Positions 1-13,305 of a stretch of DNA of 64,000 nt are shown in pieces. The position numbers were made by a program, and so were the translations under genes. The notes beneath the pieces are model-generated. The model ran no database searches. It was not told the DNA's origin and worked only from the letters and a program-made list of their open reading frames with translations. Origin of the DNA: Macrostomum lignano (taxonomy: Eukaryota); assembly GCA_002269645.1 (NCBI GenBank), contig NIVC01001245.1, forward strand, positions 72,530 through 136,529, read 5' to 3'. Positions within the stretch are counted from its first letter, which is position 1, and the number at the start of each line of letters is the position of its first letter.

Positions 1-500
1 CTCTGGATCCACTCTTAGTGTATGCACTGTACATATATACCGTCTTGTTAATTTCTCTCTACGTTATAGCGTAAATGCAGTACTGCTCTGCACTGAGTCT
101 CGAGTACAGATACACACGTATTTAATCAGACGCAATTTCAGATCGACTGTGCATTCCATATTAAAACATTGCATTATGGAATCCACAGAATGAATTTAAA
201 TTTAATTTGAATAAATTTACTTTCTTATCAAATGGCATATTTTTATTCACAATATACTAAAATCTCTAAAAATCTGTCTTTTAGAAACTAAATCCTAAGC
301 TAATGCTTACAAATTGCGCTTTCTGTCCTACCTATCGATAAAGAGTTCAAAACAGAGGGTCAATGATTGTTTGGAAATGTCGTCTCTGGTTAAAGAATTC
401 AAGTTAAGCAAACCACCACTACTACTACTACTAAAACGAAAAACGAAAAAATTAAATGCAAATGCGTGCGACCTCCAATCTTAGAAAAAGTGAAGGAAAA

Positions 501-796
<296 letters not shown>

Positions 797-1099
797 TATT
801 TTCCTGCGTCGCTTTGCTTTAAATGGCTCGGCCACAGTCTGTACATTTAATCATAATCTGGCAATTGTAGCGCTTCATCACCTTTGCTGTATCAGGTCAT
901 CTAGCAGCGATAACAGGCACTGGCTCTCTTGTCTCAGCTAATAAAGTTCTATTCCAACCTTTGATTTAGTCTCGACAGACGCTCATGGGTCGTACTGAGC
1001 TCGATTTGCCAGCTGTTCTTCCAACGATCGGTTCGATTGCTCAACCTGTTCAAGTCTTCTCTCGACTCCTCTGTAAGTTGATTTTCTCTCAGCGTGCCA

Positions 1100-1290
1100 A
1101 TAGGGACAATTTTCATAGATTCTTTTAAAGAATTTACAAAGTACATCCGAATATGCTTATTGCACTTTTCGGGCAAAATTTCATTGAAACGTCTCAGGCC
1201 GACTCCTTTAGCATTTGCGCAAGATCAGAGACAACGGCGTGCAAAAGCGATACGTATCTGAAGCTCGATGCTGTGCCTACAGTTTTTCTT
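1100..1290 (+). pseudogene. Frameshifted THAP zinc-finger remnant (possibly P-element-like transposase derived)
   Basis: FHRF followed by a stop; IRICLLHF (C-x2-H) in an adjacent frame; LKLDAVPTVF (THAP AVPTIF box) back in the first frame. Confidence 0.55.
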
Positions 1291-2459
1291 AATGCGCCAA
1301 AGGTCCTGTCAACGACTCGAAAACCCGCAGCAAGCGTCAGCAACATCTTCCACTCGACTCAACAGACAAGATGCGTCTTCAGAGCGAGATTGTCCAATTT
1401 TTGTTGAAGACTCAATTGTTGATTGAATAAATTAATCAGAGAGATTCTTAATATACATGAATAAATGATCTATTATCGAAAAAAATAGACAAAATCGAAT
1501 ATATTTTATTGAGAAATCGCATAAATTATTATTCACTAGTATGCATTATTTTAAAATACGCCCATATTGTACAATCATTAAAACCAGGCTCATCCTAAAA
1601 GGGGTAAAAAATCCTGCAAGGAGTGAGTTTGTTAGGCAAGCAGTATCCCATTTTGAGACCACAAGACAACAAGTTATGGGTAGTATCGCACTGTAAACAA
1701 CAATGCTCTCGTTTATGAAGGTAGCTTCAAAGCCCTTTCAATGAGTAACGAGTAGCAGAGAAGCCATAAATTACCTATATTGTCGTGTACCGAAATGAAT
1801 AGAATATATATTAGTTAAACCGCAGTGGCTGTTAGGTATAATCAGACAAAAAATAATTTACACAGTGATGGCTAAATAAAATGAGGAAAATGACATTCAA
1901 AGTGCGCGCGGCGCCGAAAATAGAGATATTTTTTATTGGTCATAGTACTTTGAATACATGTACAAATTTAGAAAATTCTTGAAAATCGGAACATTTCCAC
2001 AGACTTGTAAATCTGTGATGGCAAAATCCAACTTCAATAGCATCAAACTTCGGTTGTGAAGAAGGGCTTTTCATATTAACAATTCCAGACCCAAAATATT
2101 TTCAGAACTTTTAATGACATTTTTTCTTTCTTTCAGAATGGGTTTCATAGCTGTGGTTGTTACTCTAATTTGAAAAATCAAAGATATACAGTGTAGTTAT
2201 AGGATTAGGGATTTTACACCATCGTTTTAATTGTGGTTAAACTGTATTTTATTCTAACAGTCTCTTCAGCTTGTCACAAATGAATAAATTAAGATCTAAT
2301 ACAAGTTTTCTTATAGCTGCACCTTCACTGCAACAAGTTCTAGAATCTTTTGTTGAGTCTTTCATGCAAATTGTAGAACGGCGATTGTATGATTCAGGTT
2401 TCGCTCCAGAGCGGCCTTGATCAAGGTCCTGCGTGACTTTATTCAGATCAGTCTGCAGC

Positions 2460-4016
2460 TCATGGTTTTCTTAGCCATAAAATGACTAGTATAAATAGTA
2501 TCAATAGCATAAAACTTAAAGTTCGCCTTTTCTGCATCAACTCATCCTGAAGAGTTTGACGCTCAGTTTCCCACTTTGCCAAGACTGAGTCCTTACCTTT
2601 AAGTTGGGTTGTTAACGACATTGTCGACTCTTTACTTTGGTTTAAAGATCTAGTTTGAGCTTCGAATTCCCTCGATAGCGCAGTGAACCTGTTTTCCAAT
2701 TTTGCAGCAACCAACCGCGCCTCCGTTAATTCTGCTTGAGTCCTCTTCTCAGAATTTTTTAGCTCAACAAGGGCCAACGTCTTTTCCTTGACATCGGTCT
2801 CCAGCGATTTTTTCAGCTTCTTCGCATTATGAAGAGCCTCATCTTGCTTTTCGAAGTCAGTTAATACACTCTTAATTTTTTTCCTCATCTCTTCGAAATT
2901 CTGATCAGAAAATGTTTTCGAGCTATTGAGAGTCTGCAACTGAGACTGGAGCATTTGATTTTCCTTTCTCAGCTTCCGTGCGGTCTCCTGTAAACTCTGT
3001 TTGGCAGTTTCCTGTTCTTCCATAGCTTGAGTCATGCGATCCACCTCTGATTCCAATGACCTATTGGCCTGACAATATTGATACAGAAGCTCCTCTTGCG
3101 CCCTGAGCCGTGCAAATAAGACCATATGACTCTTTTCTTCGATGTCTCGCCTCAGCTGCTGCTCAGAGGCTGCCTTGGCTTCCAGTTGAGCCTTGTTGTA
3201 GTTCAGAGCCTCTTGCAGTGCATCGCAGAAGTGCTGCAAATCTGCTAGTTTGGTATTTGATTGCTCGGCCATGGCTTGAGCTTCCTCAGTATTTTTTCTG
3301 CTCTCATCACATTGGACTGACAAGTCAGCCAGCTTCGACTTCAGTAGCTGATTTTCCTGAGACGACTGTTTCAACTGTTTTTCCAAGCTTTGCTTTGAAT
3401 CCTGCAGGTTGGTCACTTGCCAAGTTTCGCGCTTCAACATGGATTTCAGTGAGCCGTTGATGTGTTTTAATTTTTCTAGTTCCCTCAACTCATCTTGCAT
3501 TCGATTGATGCACTGCTTCATTTCTAAGTATTGAGCCTTCAATCCGTCTCGCTCTTGTCGAATGTGTGACAGGCATTCGTGTTCTGTTGATCCAACGATT
3601 TTCGTTGATGGAGAAGACCTGAAAATCAGCCAACGTTAGTGAAAAACTATAATTTAAGAATGAAAATTGGAGCGCAAATGAAGTTGTGGAAAGAGCTTTA
3701 AACAAGGTTGACTAATGCAAATAACCTACATGTACTCTGAATCCGATGGCTCAGATGAAGAGGCGCTGCCGCTGGGTCTGGAAAATAAAAATTACGAGCG
3801 TACATACGAGTATTGACAGCAGTAATAAAGAAAAGAACTCATTACCAGTAGGCCGACTTAATCCTTACTAACTAATGTAAACTATAAAACTTACAAGGTT
3901 CCAATGCCAGGTTCTGCCTGAACTAGATCGCCATAGAAAACCTTCACAAGCTGTATGGATAATGAGTCAATCCTGTCTAATAATTCTGATCCGCTGTTGT
4001 TACAGCTAGAACTCAT
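2460..4016 (-). CDS. Tail-anchored coiled-coil protein, copy 1; join(3895..4016,3736..3777,2460..3618), 440 aa
   Basis: Three exons with GT-AG phase-2 introns join in frame (1323 nt). Heptad-rich body and C-terminal TM (LSFMLLILFILVILW-LRKP). Same exon structure as the paralog at 11106-12531. Confidence 0.85.
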
Positions 4017-4540
4017 GCTACTCGATATGCCGCTCAGAAAATTTTAAGAACTTCACTACGAAAGATAAGAAAGCAAGGAGAGAGAGAAACAGGGACGTTA
4101 CGTGTGAAGTACTCACACGAGCGTATTAGTAGTTAGTGTATATGAGTTTTCGCTTTGTGGTGCTCACTCTGGGACCACTGTATAGTGTATGGATTGCACT
4201 CGTACAGACAGTCAGCAACAGACAAAACTGCCACCCGAAACTCAGTCCGCCTTGCAGTGTATTGCAGTATAGTGAGTTGAAGTCAATCGCTCTGCCAATT
4301 CTTTATCTAGGGTGGCGGCGGTTTTAACTCTTCCTCTGTGTATATACTGTACTTACCGTAAAGCTGCAGTACTGCACTGGGCTAAGACTCAAGTACAGAG
4401 ACAGTAGAATCCAGTAGACTGTGCAAAACTGGGCATGGGCTACTGTATTAGGTTTGCTACCCTAGGGCAACCGTCTGGTCGATATTCTAAACGGCCTGAC
4501 GTCTGCGAAAGTTGACCTGATCAGTCGTCACAATATATAT

Positions 4541-5060
4541 TACGAGGGGTGTCCGGAAATTTCTGACACTTTAAATCCCAAAACAAAAACAGTAGCAGCT
4601 GCAAGCACTAATTTGATGTCATTTTAAAGCGGCACGTTTCTTCTTTCCAATGAATAAAGTCGCGTGTATTTGAGTCATTTCTTTAAAAAATTGATGTGTG
4701 AAAAACCATCGCAATGTCACAGACAGTCTTACAGTAAAAGTTGAAGTTCATAACAAGTACGAGTACATCTTCATGAGTGTGCAATCTAAAGTAGGCCAAA
4801 GACACGGAATACTTATACCTTGAAGCATCGGAAATAAGGGTGCAGGGATCCATTCCCATTTGACATCAATTCATGGGTTAGATGCAGTGAGACGTTTTAC
4901 TGTCTACCACTAGGATCATTTGGAAGACAAGGTTCGGCGCATTCTCTCCCATGATCTTTTAAGAAAATGCTACTCTAGTGCGATTGACGGAATGCTCAAG
5001 CGATGGGGAAAAAGTGTGTTGCTACAGATAGAGACAATGTTGAGAAGGCTGCCTTGAAGG
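4541..5060 (+). mobile_element. Degenerate mariner-type deletion derivative
   Basis: TA-CGAGGGGTGTCCGGAAA mariner-like left TIR; frameshifted IDGMLKRW-EKCVATDRDNVEK resembles the mariner transposase C-terminus. Right TIR not resolved. Confidence 0.5.
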
Positions 5061-5343
5061 TTGATGATTATGATGAATGACTAAATCGTACAATTCGTTT
5101 CTTTGAGGACAGAACAGAACACTTGTGGCATGGCGATGGTTTTTCACACATAAATTTTGTATAAATTCACTGGAATGGGCGTTCCTTGCGGTTTGGGCTA
5201 CTGGTTTTCTATTCGCTAAGGATTTTTTGGTGGATTTTACTTGCTATTGTTTGAGGTTTGGTAGGTTTGCTGCCACCAGGCTTCCTGCTTCCCTATTCCT
5301 ATTAATTTAGTGATAAGGAGTGACACAGGAAAACCAAATATTT

Positions 5344-7346
5344 TGATGGGTTTCGGCCTTTCGGCCCCCTTGTGGGGAAGCCTTCGGGCCTCAGGTCTCA
5401 GAAATAAATCAATTAGAGTCCTGGCCCCCAACTCCTGTCAGATGGTCAGCCCCATGTTGGTAGCTTGATCGTGTGGCGAGCGGTCTAGGTCCTATAGCTA
5501 AGAGAGGGACAGCGAGAGACGAGCAGGGAGAATTTTGAAAGTAGAAATTAGCTAATCCGCAGATCAACTAACTTGCTGCCACCAGCCCGTGCGCCCTGGC
5601 TCACCACACCGGGACTCTCGAAATCGGGCTTCCGACTAGAAGGGGCTTTGCACTTACCTGCCAACTAGTGTCTTTTTGCTGTCAATCTCGAAGTCATAGC
5701 CGATGATAAGGGACTCTGCTGGGACTTGATCGCATTGGCCATGCAAGTACAGAGGGGACTTGTGCAGGGGATTCTTGCAGTGGCGAGTCTATGGGGTAGC
5801 TACATGTACTATTAAATTGCTAAATACGAAGAATTGTACTTTTGGCCTTCAACGCGCCAACTAGCCTCTCCTAGCGCTGATGATAGACTAACTCGAACTT
5901 CAGAGACCGCATGATTCTTTACCCGAGCCGCTTGGCGAACCTAGAGTGCACAAAGTACATCTCTGGCGCCGATTTTGCACTATTGGCAATTTTGCTCACT
6001 GATTTGATAGATTGATCGACTGAGAACTGCCTTGCCATTGGTCCACTGTGACCGGCGCCTACTAGCTTAGCTACTCATCTGAGCCATCGGCGAACAAAGA
6101 AATAAAACCGATAAAAATAACTGTTAGATTTAGCCTTCTCCTTAGATCACTTCACACTTCAGATTGAATTGGAGTCTTAGACTACTAGTAGTATTATTGA
6201 ATGACTTCTGCCTCAGCAACAGCACTACTGAACAAAGTGAGCAAAAGTGTGCGCCTAATCCAGCTACTGAAACAGGGGACAGATAAGGGATCACCCAATC
6301 AAGCAAGTCTAGGTAGCCTCTCACCCAACCAATCAGAAACTCAACAGCCGGAGACCAGGAAATCCACAGTGACCGAATCGGCTTGATGCTTCGCAGCTGT
6401 AGACTCGGGATGATGCTGACACAATCTTCGCTGATAGCCAGCAGGTGATGATCTTAACTTTGATGTTCGCTGCTGGTGACCGGGGGACTCGTCCCTGATG
6501 ATGAGGGGGAAGTCGCAATCCGGGGATCAAGAAACGACGGTCGGGCTCCGGGAACCAAAAATGTCGGGAAGGTTCCTCCGCGGGAGAGCCGGTTGAGATC
6601 CGAGCGGGCCAAAAACACCGGTTTAAATAGCCGCCAACTGGACCACAGTTTGTTATAATGGAACACGTCGATTCTGATTGGCTGAGCCGTTTTTTTAAAA
6701 TGAGCGCCGAATTTTCTGATTGGCTAAGCTTGTTGCTACCCAGAATCACATGACCGGGAGATCCTATCAGTTCCCACAGGGTCGTAAAAAATGACAGGTG
6801 CGGTCATGAATCAATCAAAATCGCAACAAATTTATTTATGACTTTTCGCGTAGGATTGACAGAAATTAATGAAAAAATATACATTAGAAAGCTCTTATTA
6901 AATAGAAAGTGAAGATAATGAAAAGAAATCACTAATCGCTAATCCCAAAGTACGAGTACTTTTAGGGGTAAAACGCATAGCTGTCAAAGCTGTCACACGC
7001 TTGAGTGAACACGAACAATAGGCTCTGACCTCATAAATCTTGATGGCCTGTCAAAATGATGAGAAAAAAGCTACCGCCCGCATCCTCTCAGACCATCTGG
7101 CGTCCGCCTCAACACTGAGTGAGGCGCAGGTGGCTGTCAGACCAGCTTCGAAAGCGATGATTTATGACCCAAAAAGCTGCGCCTATGTTATTATGACTAC
7201 TAGTATGACCAAACATTATATCTAGTATAGATTCTATGACAATTCGCAGAAAAAGGATAAAAATGCCCATAGCCTGCTGTTAGTAGGCTAGTAAGTTTAG
7301 AGCCCATGTGCTAGCGCGGGATTTGGAAAAAAGTGCGTCCTCATCA
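5344..7346 (-). mobile_element. Solo LTR (2003 bp), Gypsy-like, copy 1
   Basis: TGATG...CATCA termini; 4-bp TSD ATTT at 5340-5343 and 7347-7350; homologous in reverse orientation to 58047-59682. Confidence 0.88.
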
Positions 7347-7733
7347 ATTTAACAAAACTTTATTACTTCAAAAAAAGAGAAAATCAGCAGGCAATGGTTA
7401 TTGTTACTTTACTTGTGCGACAAGCTAGGCATTGTCTTTGGCATTGACTACCTCCAACAGTTTTACGTATTTCCCAATATTTTCCCCGCCTCTTACCTAT
7501 TCCTAATTTCTGAGACTTCCCGCGGCACGCGTCTGCTTTTCCACGCCCTAAACTAAACTAAAATAAGTAAATCTGGCGCCTCAGCCATTGAACAGGCGCT
7601 TACGCCACTAGTGAAATAAGGTTTCCAGGTTGGGAGTGTACTGATGTACACTTAAATCCTAATTGGAACTAAGAGGACTGTACATCGAGCCGGGCAAGCG
7701 GCGCCAGTCAGGCCGAGAGCGGGCCGTACCCCC

Positions 7734-8147
7734 GGGACGCTTTCATAAGACCTAAATTTCATATCGCCTAAATTTCACATCGCCTAAATTTCACAACGCC
7801 TAAAATCTTTGCTTCTCTACTTCACATTCAGTTTTAGGTGTTATGAAATTTAGGCGATATGAAGTTTAGGTGATATGAAAGAGCATGCAGTTTTTAGGCG
7901 TTGTGAAATTTAGGCGATATGAAGTAGGATGCATTTTCGTTTTTAAGCGCTATGAAATTTAGGCGATATGAAATTTAGGCGATATGAAGGAGCGTGCAGA
8001 AATTTAGGCGTTGTGAAATTTAGGCGTTGTGAAGGAGGCTGCATTTTCGATTTTAGGCGTTGTGAAATTTAGGCGTTATGAAATTTAGGTGATGTGAAGT
8101 CATGTGCTTTAGGCGTTGTGAAATTTAGGTCTTATGAAGCGCCCCCC
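7734..8147. mobile_element. Foldback/MITE-like element with subterminal 16-bp repeats
   Basis: TIR CTTCATAAGACCTAAATTTCA at both ends; GAAATTTAGGCG(A/T)T(A/G)T units in opposite orientation on the two arms; TACCCCC(G) on both flanks as possible TSD. Confidence 0.7.
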
Positions 8148-8747
8148 TACCCCCGACCCTCAGAGCGTACGCCTACCCCAAACCCAATTGGCTTATCTAA
8201 ACCTCCCCGGGGACAGCGAGGATTCGACGTACCAGTCAGGAAGCCCGTGCCCAAAAAGCTTTTCCACGCCCCAAAACTGCAAAGGTCAAGCAAAGTTTTC
8301 AACGTGAAGAAATTGTTATCATTTTTAGAGAAAAAACTGACTGACTGGCATATACATGTACTCGTAAGCAGCTGTATAGTGTAGCAGAAGATCCTGCGGC
8401 TATCTTTTTTGCTATTGAGTAAATCAAAAGGTGAATACAACAAGCGCGGACTCTATATAGTCTCGATACTATTAAGAAAAAGTGCAACTAAGCTCCAAAG
8501 TGAGCAACTGCGAACTACACGGTGGCGATACTGAGAGATAACGGCGCGACCCTGGAAACGCCGGTAACCCGCACGGTCTCTGGATAGCTAGGACTGGACT
8601 CAAATCGGAGTCAAAAGCGATACGCTCTGTCGTTGATCAAAATCAAATGTAGAAGCAAAACGGGCCCGCGTTTTAAAGTGGACGTCTGAGAATTTTTTGA
8701 GCGCAGAATCCTCAGCTTAAATATATAAGTGACAATGGTAGATTGAC

Positions 8748-8909
8748 GTGTATATGGTTTTGGAGGTAGACAATGATAAATTTTTCACGAGTGGCGACTC
8801 ACATGTGTAGTTTAAGATTATTATTCTACTTTGCACTTCTCCCATAGCGGCTTAGCAGACGCCACTCGTGAAATATTTATCATTTGTCTACCTCCAAAAC
8901 CATATACAC
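8748..8909. repeat. About 52-bp inverted repeat (hairpin or small MITE)
   Basis: GTGTATATGGTTTTGGAGGTAGACAA...CACGAGTGGCG matches the reverse complement of about 8858-8909 with 2-3 differences. Confidence 0.75.
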
Positions 8910-11105
8910 AAACACATTGTCTCATGAATGTATTTTTAGAAGCCTTAATTAAATAATGATTCCTAAGCGTTGAATAATGAGCGTACAGCGTGGGACAATG
9001 TCAGTCTCGACTCGTGCCGCACTTCAAGTGTCGTGTCTTCCTCTGTCTAATTGGCCTCCTGTCTCCTAACGTCATTGATCTATTTATAAAAATAGGATCA
9101 TAACATGGGGTAACGCGCGTTGGGAACTGGTTGAATTGGAGAGGTGGGGTGGGTTTGTTAATTAATCACCCAGTGTTCCAGTTGCTTCGGCTGCATATGG
9201 CCAGTGGTCTAGCAAAAAATCTGTATCATAATAATTTCGAGGTCTCAAGACTACGGGTTTTTTATTAGCTATCACTATACGTGTGATAAAAAATCATTCG
9301 TGATTTCTTTCGTAAAGTCGCGAATAAAAAATAACATAGTAACGAAGAATGAGTAAAATAACTCTCGAAGAGTAAGTTGCTGCTTTTATATCAGTCCGAA
9401 AAGAATGAAAATTTATTTTGAAGTATCACAATAAGTTTGATTTCATTTAAAGATTTTTTTTTATTTGGAACATTTTCTAATTGTAAATACAATTTATTGT
9501 CGTAGGGGAAACTACTGTCCTTTCTAATAATATTTCACCGTGCCACCAAGTTGTTGTAGTGATATTAAATTATTCTACCAATGCCACCAAGTTGTTTAAA
9601 ATCTCTATTACTTTTTTATACTACTTCAGTCATTTGCTGTTTCTAAGAACATTAACTCCAGAATATTAGTTTAAGGACTCCTTGAAATTAAACAAGTAGC
9701 TCTGGTAGCAGTGTCGAGCGGCAAACACTGATCTAATTCATTGAATACTGTCTAATTTCTACTTCTAATTTAAGTCCTAAAGCGGCGACCCTGGGATGGA
9801 GTTGCCCAACTAGCCGACCGCTTACTTCCCCCTTCACTGGCTTCTCACAGCTTTTTTCTTCTTTATTCTCCTGGCTTCTCACAGCTTTTCTCTCCTTTAT
9901 GCTTTCCAAGTAACTGAGCCAACACGATTTGCTTTCTTAACCGAATCGGAGAAACGGCGGGCGAAGAAAAAGTTGCCCGAAAACGCTTGTATTTATAGGT
10001 TTTACTAGGGGAGGATGGGTGCGCGGGTCTGTGAATAACAAATTTCTTTTATCGACTGAAACAAAATATTTTTCCTAAATATAAAATCATTCGTTAAAAC
10101 AAATACATCATTTAAACAAAAATACGTAGTTAGGCATTTTTTTGGCGTAGATTTAAAATAGAATATTGTAGCCGCGTATTCTTGAGTTTGAATTTCCGGG
10201 GACTTCTTTAGCCGGAGAACTCTTGATTTATTTGCGTTCCAGCTTGCTTGATTATATAGACTGACCACGATGGGGGAGGGAAGGGTGAAAAACGCAGCTT
10301 AGAAAATCCTAACCAATCGGATTTCGCCGACAGGGTAGGCACTAAGCACTCTATTGGTTGGGGCTCGTTATTCACGCGTTTACAGCCAATCAGAAACGAA
10401 AAGAAATTTCGCGAAAGGCTATACGCAGGGGTGGGGTGACGCAGAAAGAAATACGGAGAAAACAACCGAAAACACTAGAAGTGCACGCGCACTCAAATTG
10501 AGCACTATTACAATATACATAAATAAGTATTATAAAACTAGCGAGCCTGCCTCATTATGATAAAAAAATCAATTTATTAACACTTAAAAACTTTATCATA
10601 GCGGCTCTTTATATTGGACATTCAAGAATCTAAAATCTGTTCGAAATTTTTCGTTTCGCTCTGATTATTTCTTAACAAAAGTACGCTCGTATATGTATAT
10701 GGATTTTAATGCTTTTCCAGACTCTGATTCTGGAGTGAATACTAATGAAAAGCCTCATAAAAAACCGCAGATAGACAGCTTCGCTTGTAACTTCGAATTT
10801 TAAATCGAAATGGTCGATATTAAAAGAATCCGGAATAAACTAGCCGGAAGAACCTGTACATGATTTTAAGGGATTTTAAGCGCCTATAGTTTCATGACAA
10901 AGTTTATCTTAATACAAGTTTTCTTTGTTGCACCTTTACTGCAAGAAGTTCTTGAGTGTTTCGTTGAGTCTTTTATGCAGAACGGGCGATTGTATAATAC
11001 AGTTGTCGCTCAAGAGCAGCCTTGATCAAGGTCCTGTGTAACTTTATTCAGATCAGTCTGTAGCTCATAGTAATTTTTTAACCATACTGTCAACATTGGC
11101 TTGAA

Positions 11106-12531
11106 TTAAGTTGCTCGATTTTTCTTCTCCATTGTGGTCTCTTGACTGGAGCTTCCTAAATTGCGATAGAATACATAGAATAAAGAGCTAGCTAGTACGA
11201 GTATACATGGTACAAATAGCATACAACTTGAAAATTGTTTTTCCTCCGTCAAGTCTTTCTTAAGCTTTTGACGCTCAGTTTCCAGCTCTGCCAAAGCTGA
11301 GTCCTTATCTTGAAGCTGGGTTTCTAGCAACATTATTGTCTTTTCACTATTATCTAGGGATTTAGTTTGAGCTTCAAAATTCCTTAATAGCGCAATCAGC
11401 CTGTTTTTCATTTCGGCAGAAACCGACCGTGCCTCATTCAACTGAGATTGGAGCATTTGATTTTTCTCTGTGAGCTTCTGTGCGGTCTGCTGTAAGCTCT
11501 GATTGGCAGTTTCCTGCTCTTCCATAGCTTGAGTCTTGTGAAGCAGGGCCTCCTGTTTCATATTTAGCCGTGCAACTAAGTCCGTAGTTCTCTTTTTTTC
11601 GGCTTCAGTACTTTCGAGTAGAGTCTTCTTTTCTGTTTCTCTTTCCCTGCAGAGGTCTTCGATGTTTCGCCTCAGCTGCTGCTCAGAGGCTGCCTTGGCT
11701 TCCAGTTGAGTCTTGTTGTGGTTCAGAGCCTCTTGCAGTGCATCGCAGAATTGCTGCGAATCTGCCAGTTTAGCATTTGTTTTCTCGGCCATGGCTTGAG
11801 CTTGCTCAGCATTTTTTCTGCTCTCGTCAAATTGGGCGGACAAGTCAGCCAGCTGCGACTTCAGTAGCTGATTTTCCTGAGACGACTGTTTCAACTGTTT
11901 TTCTAAGCTTTGCTTTGAAGCCTGCAGGTTGGTCACTTGCCAAGCTTTGCTCTCCAACTGGGATTCCAGTGAGCCGTTGATGTGCTTCACTTTTTCAAGT
12001 TCCCTCAATTCATCTTGCATTCGATTGATGCACTGCTCCATTCCTAAGCATTGAGCCTTCAATCCGTCTCGCTCTTGACGAATGTGTGACAGGCATTCGT
12101 GTTCTGTTGGTTCAAGTGTCTCGGTGCCCACTTCTTTCATTGATGGAATTGAAATATCGATTTGTCCGTCTGAAGATCGACTAAAAATGAGGCAACAACA
12201 TTAGTAGAGAATAAAAATTTTAAAAGTTAAATTAGTTGCACAAATTCAGCTTCAAAAGAAGCTACAGGTGGACTCGTGCAAAAAACTTACTCAGAATCCG
12301 ATGGCTCAGATGAGGAAGCGCTGCCGGTGAGCCTGGAAAAGTAAAAAGTTCATATTGACAGCAGTAATTAGGCCGACAACCTATACTAGCTAATATAAGA
12401 AATGAAACTCACAAGGTGCCGATGTCAGTTTCTGCCTGAACTATGTCGCCATCAAAAACCTTTTCAAGCTGAATGGTTAATATTTCGATACTGTCAAGTT
12501 CTGATCCATGATTTGCACAGCTGGAACTCAT
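11106..12531 (-). CDS. Tail-anchored coiled-coil protein, copy 2; join(12413..12531,12291..12332,11106..12180), 411 aa
   Basis: Same three-exon phase-2 structure and 42-nt exon 2 as copy 1; TM MLFVPCILVLASSLFYVFY near the C-terminus. Confidence 0.85.
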
Positions 12532-13305
12532 TCTACTCAGTGTGCCGCTTTGAATGCTGGAAGAACCAACTGCACTAAATTCTTAATGAGATTCTTTTTT
12601 ACCATTTTATCGCGATGAGACAGAAGAAAGCAAGGAGAGACAGACAGGAGCATTGTGTTTGAGGTAGTATGTGTATACAAGCTAAGAGTTTTCGCTTTGT
12701 GTTGTACACTCTGGGACCACTCTAGTGCTGTACATATATTATACGTTTTAATGTCCCTCTAACTTTGAACTGCAGTACTGTAACTGAGCTGCGACTCAAG
12801 TACAGAGCCAGTATAGTCACACGCAATTGCAGACAGGGAATTCCGTAAAAAAAATTACTAAGGACTGTTGGAGGAACACATGCAGGATAGCTTTCGCATT
12901 ATTTCCCCAAGTGGATCCTTGAAACCGTCGATTAGAGAGTGCACTCACCTCTGCTCTAAAAAGCAGTCGGAGATCGACACTAAAATCGGAAATGCAAACT
13001 TGTATTTCTTGAACTCAACTATCGACGGAACATCTGTAATTGAAAAAAAATTAGTAACACTTCTGGGTGCTAAATACAAAAATTGTTTGAAACGATTTCT
13101 ATGATAGGACAAATTGTTCTTGCGGGAAAATTTGTAAATATTATTTTAATCGACAGGCAAAATGAAAAAAAGTTAAAGCACAAGAAAACTTTGAAGAATC
13201 CTTTTTGCGGAGTCAAAACTTACTGTACTAAGATAGGCATAGCTTCTACGCAGATACAAAGTTAGTTTTTCTTCTTGCACTTCATACTTGATTTAGTTGC
13301 GTCTC

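Noticed and set aside
2460-2520. KASH domain at the C-terminus of the tail-anchored protein
   Set aside because: The luminal tail is only about 4 aa and lacks the PPPX terminus.
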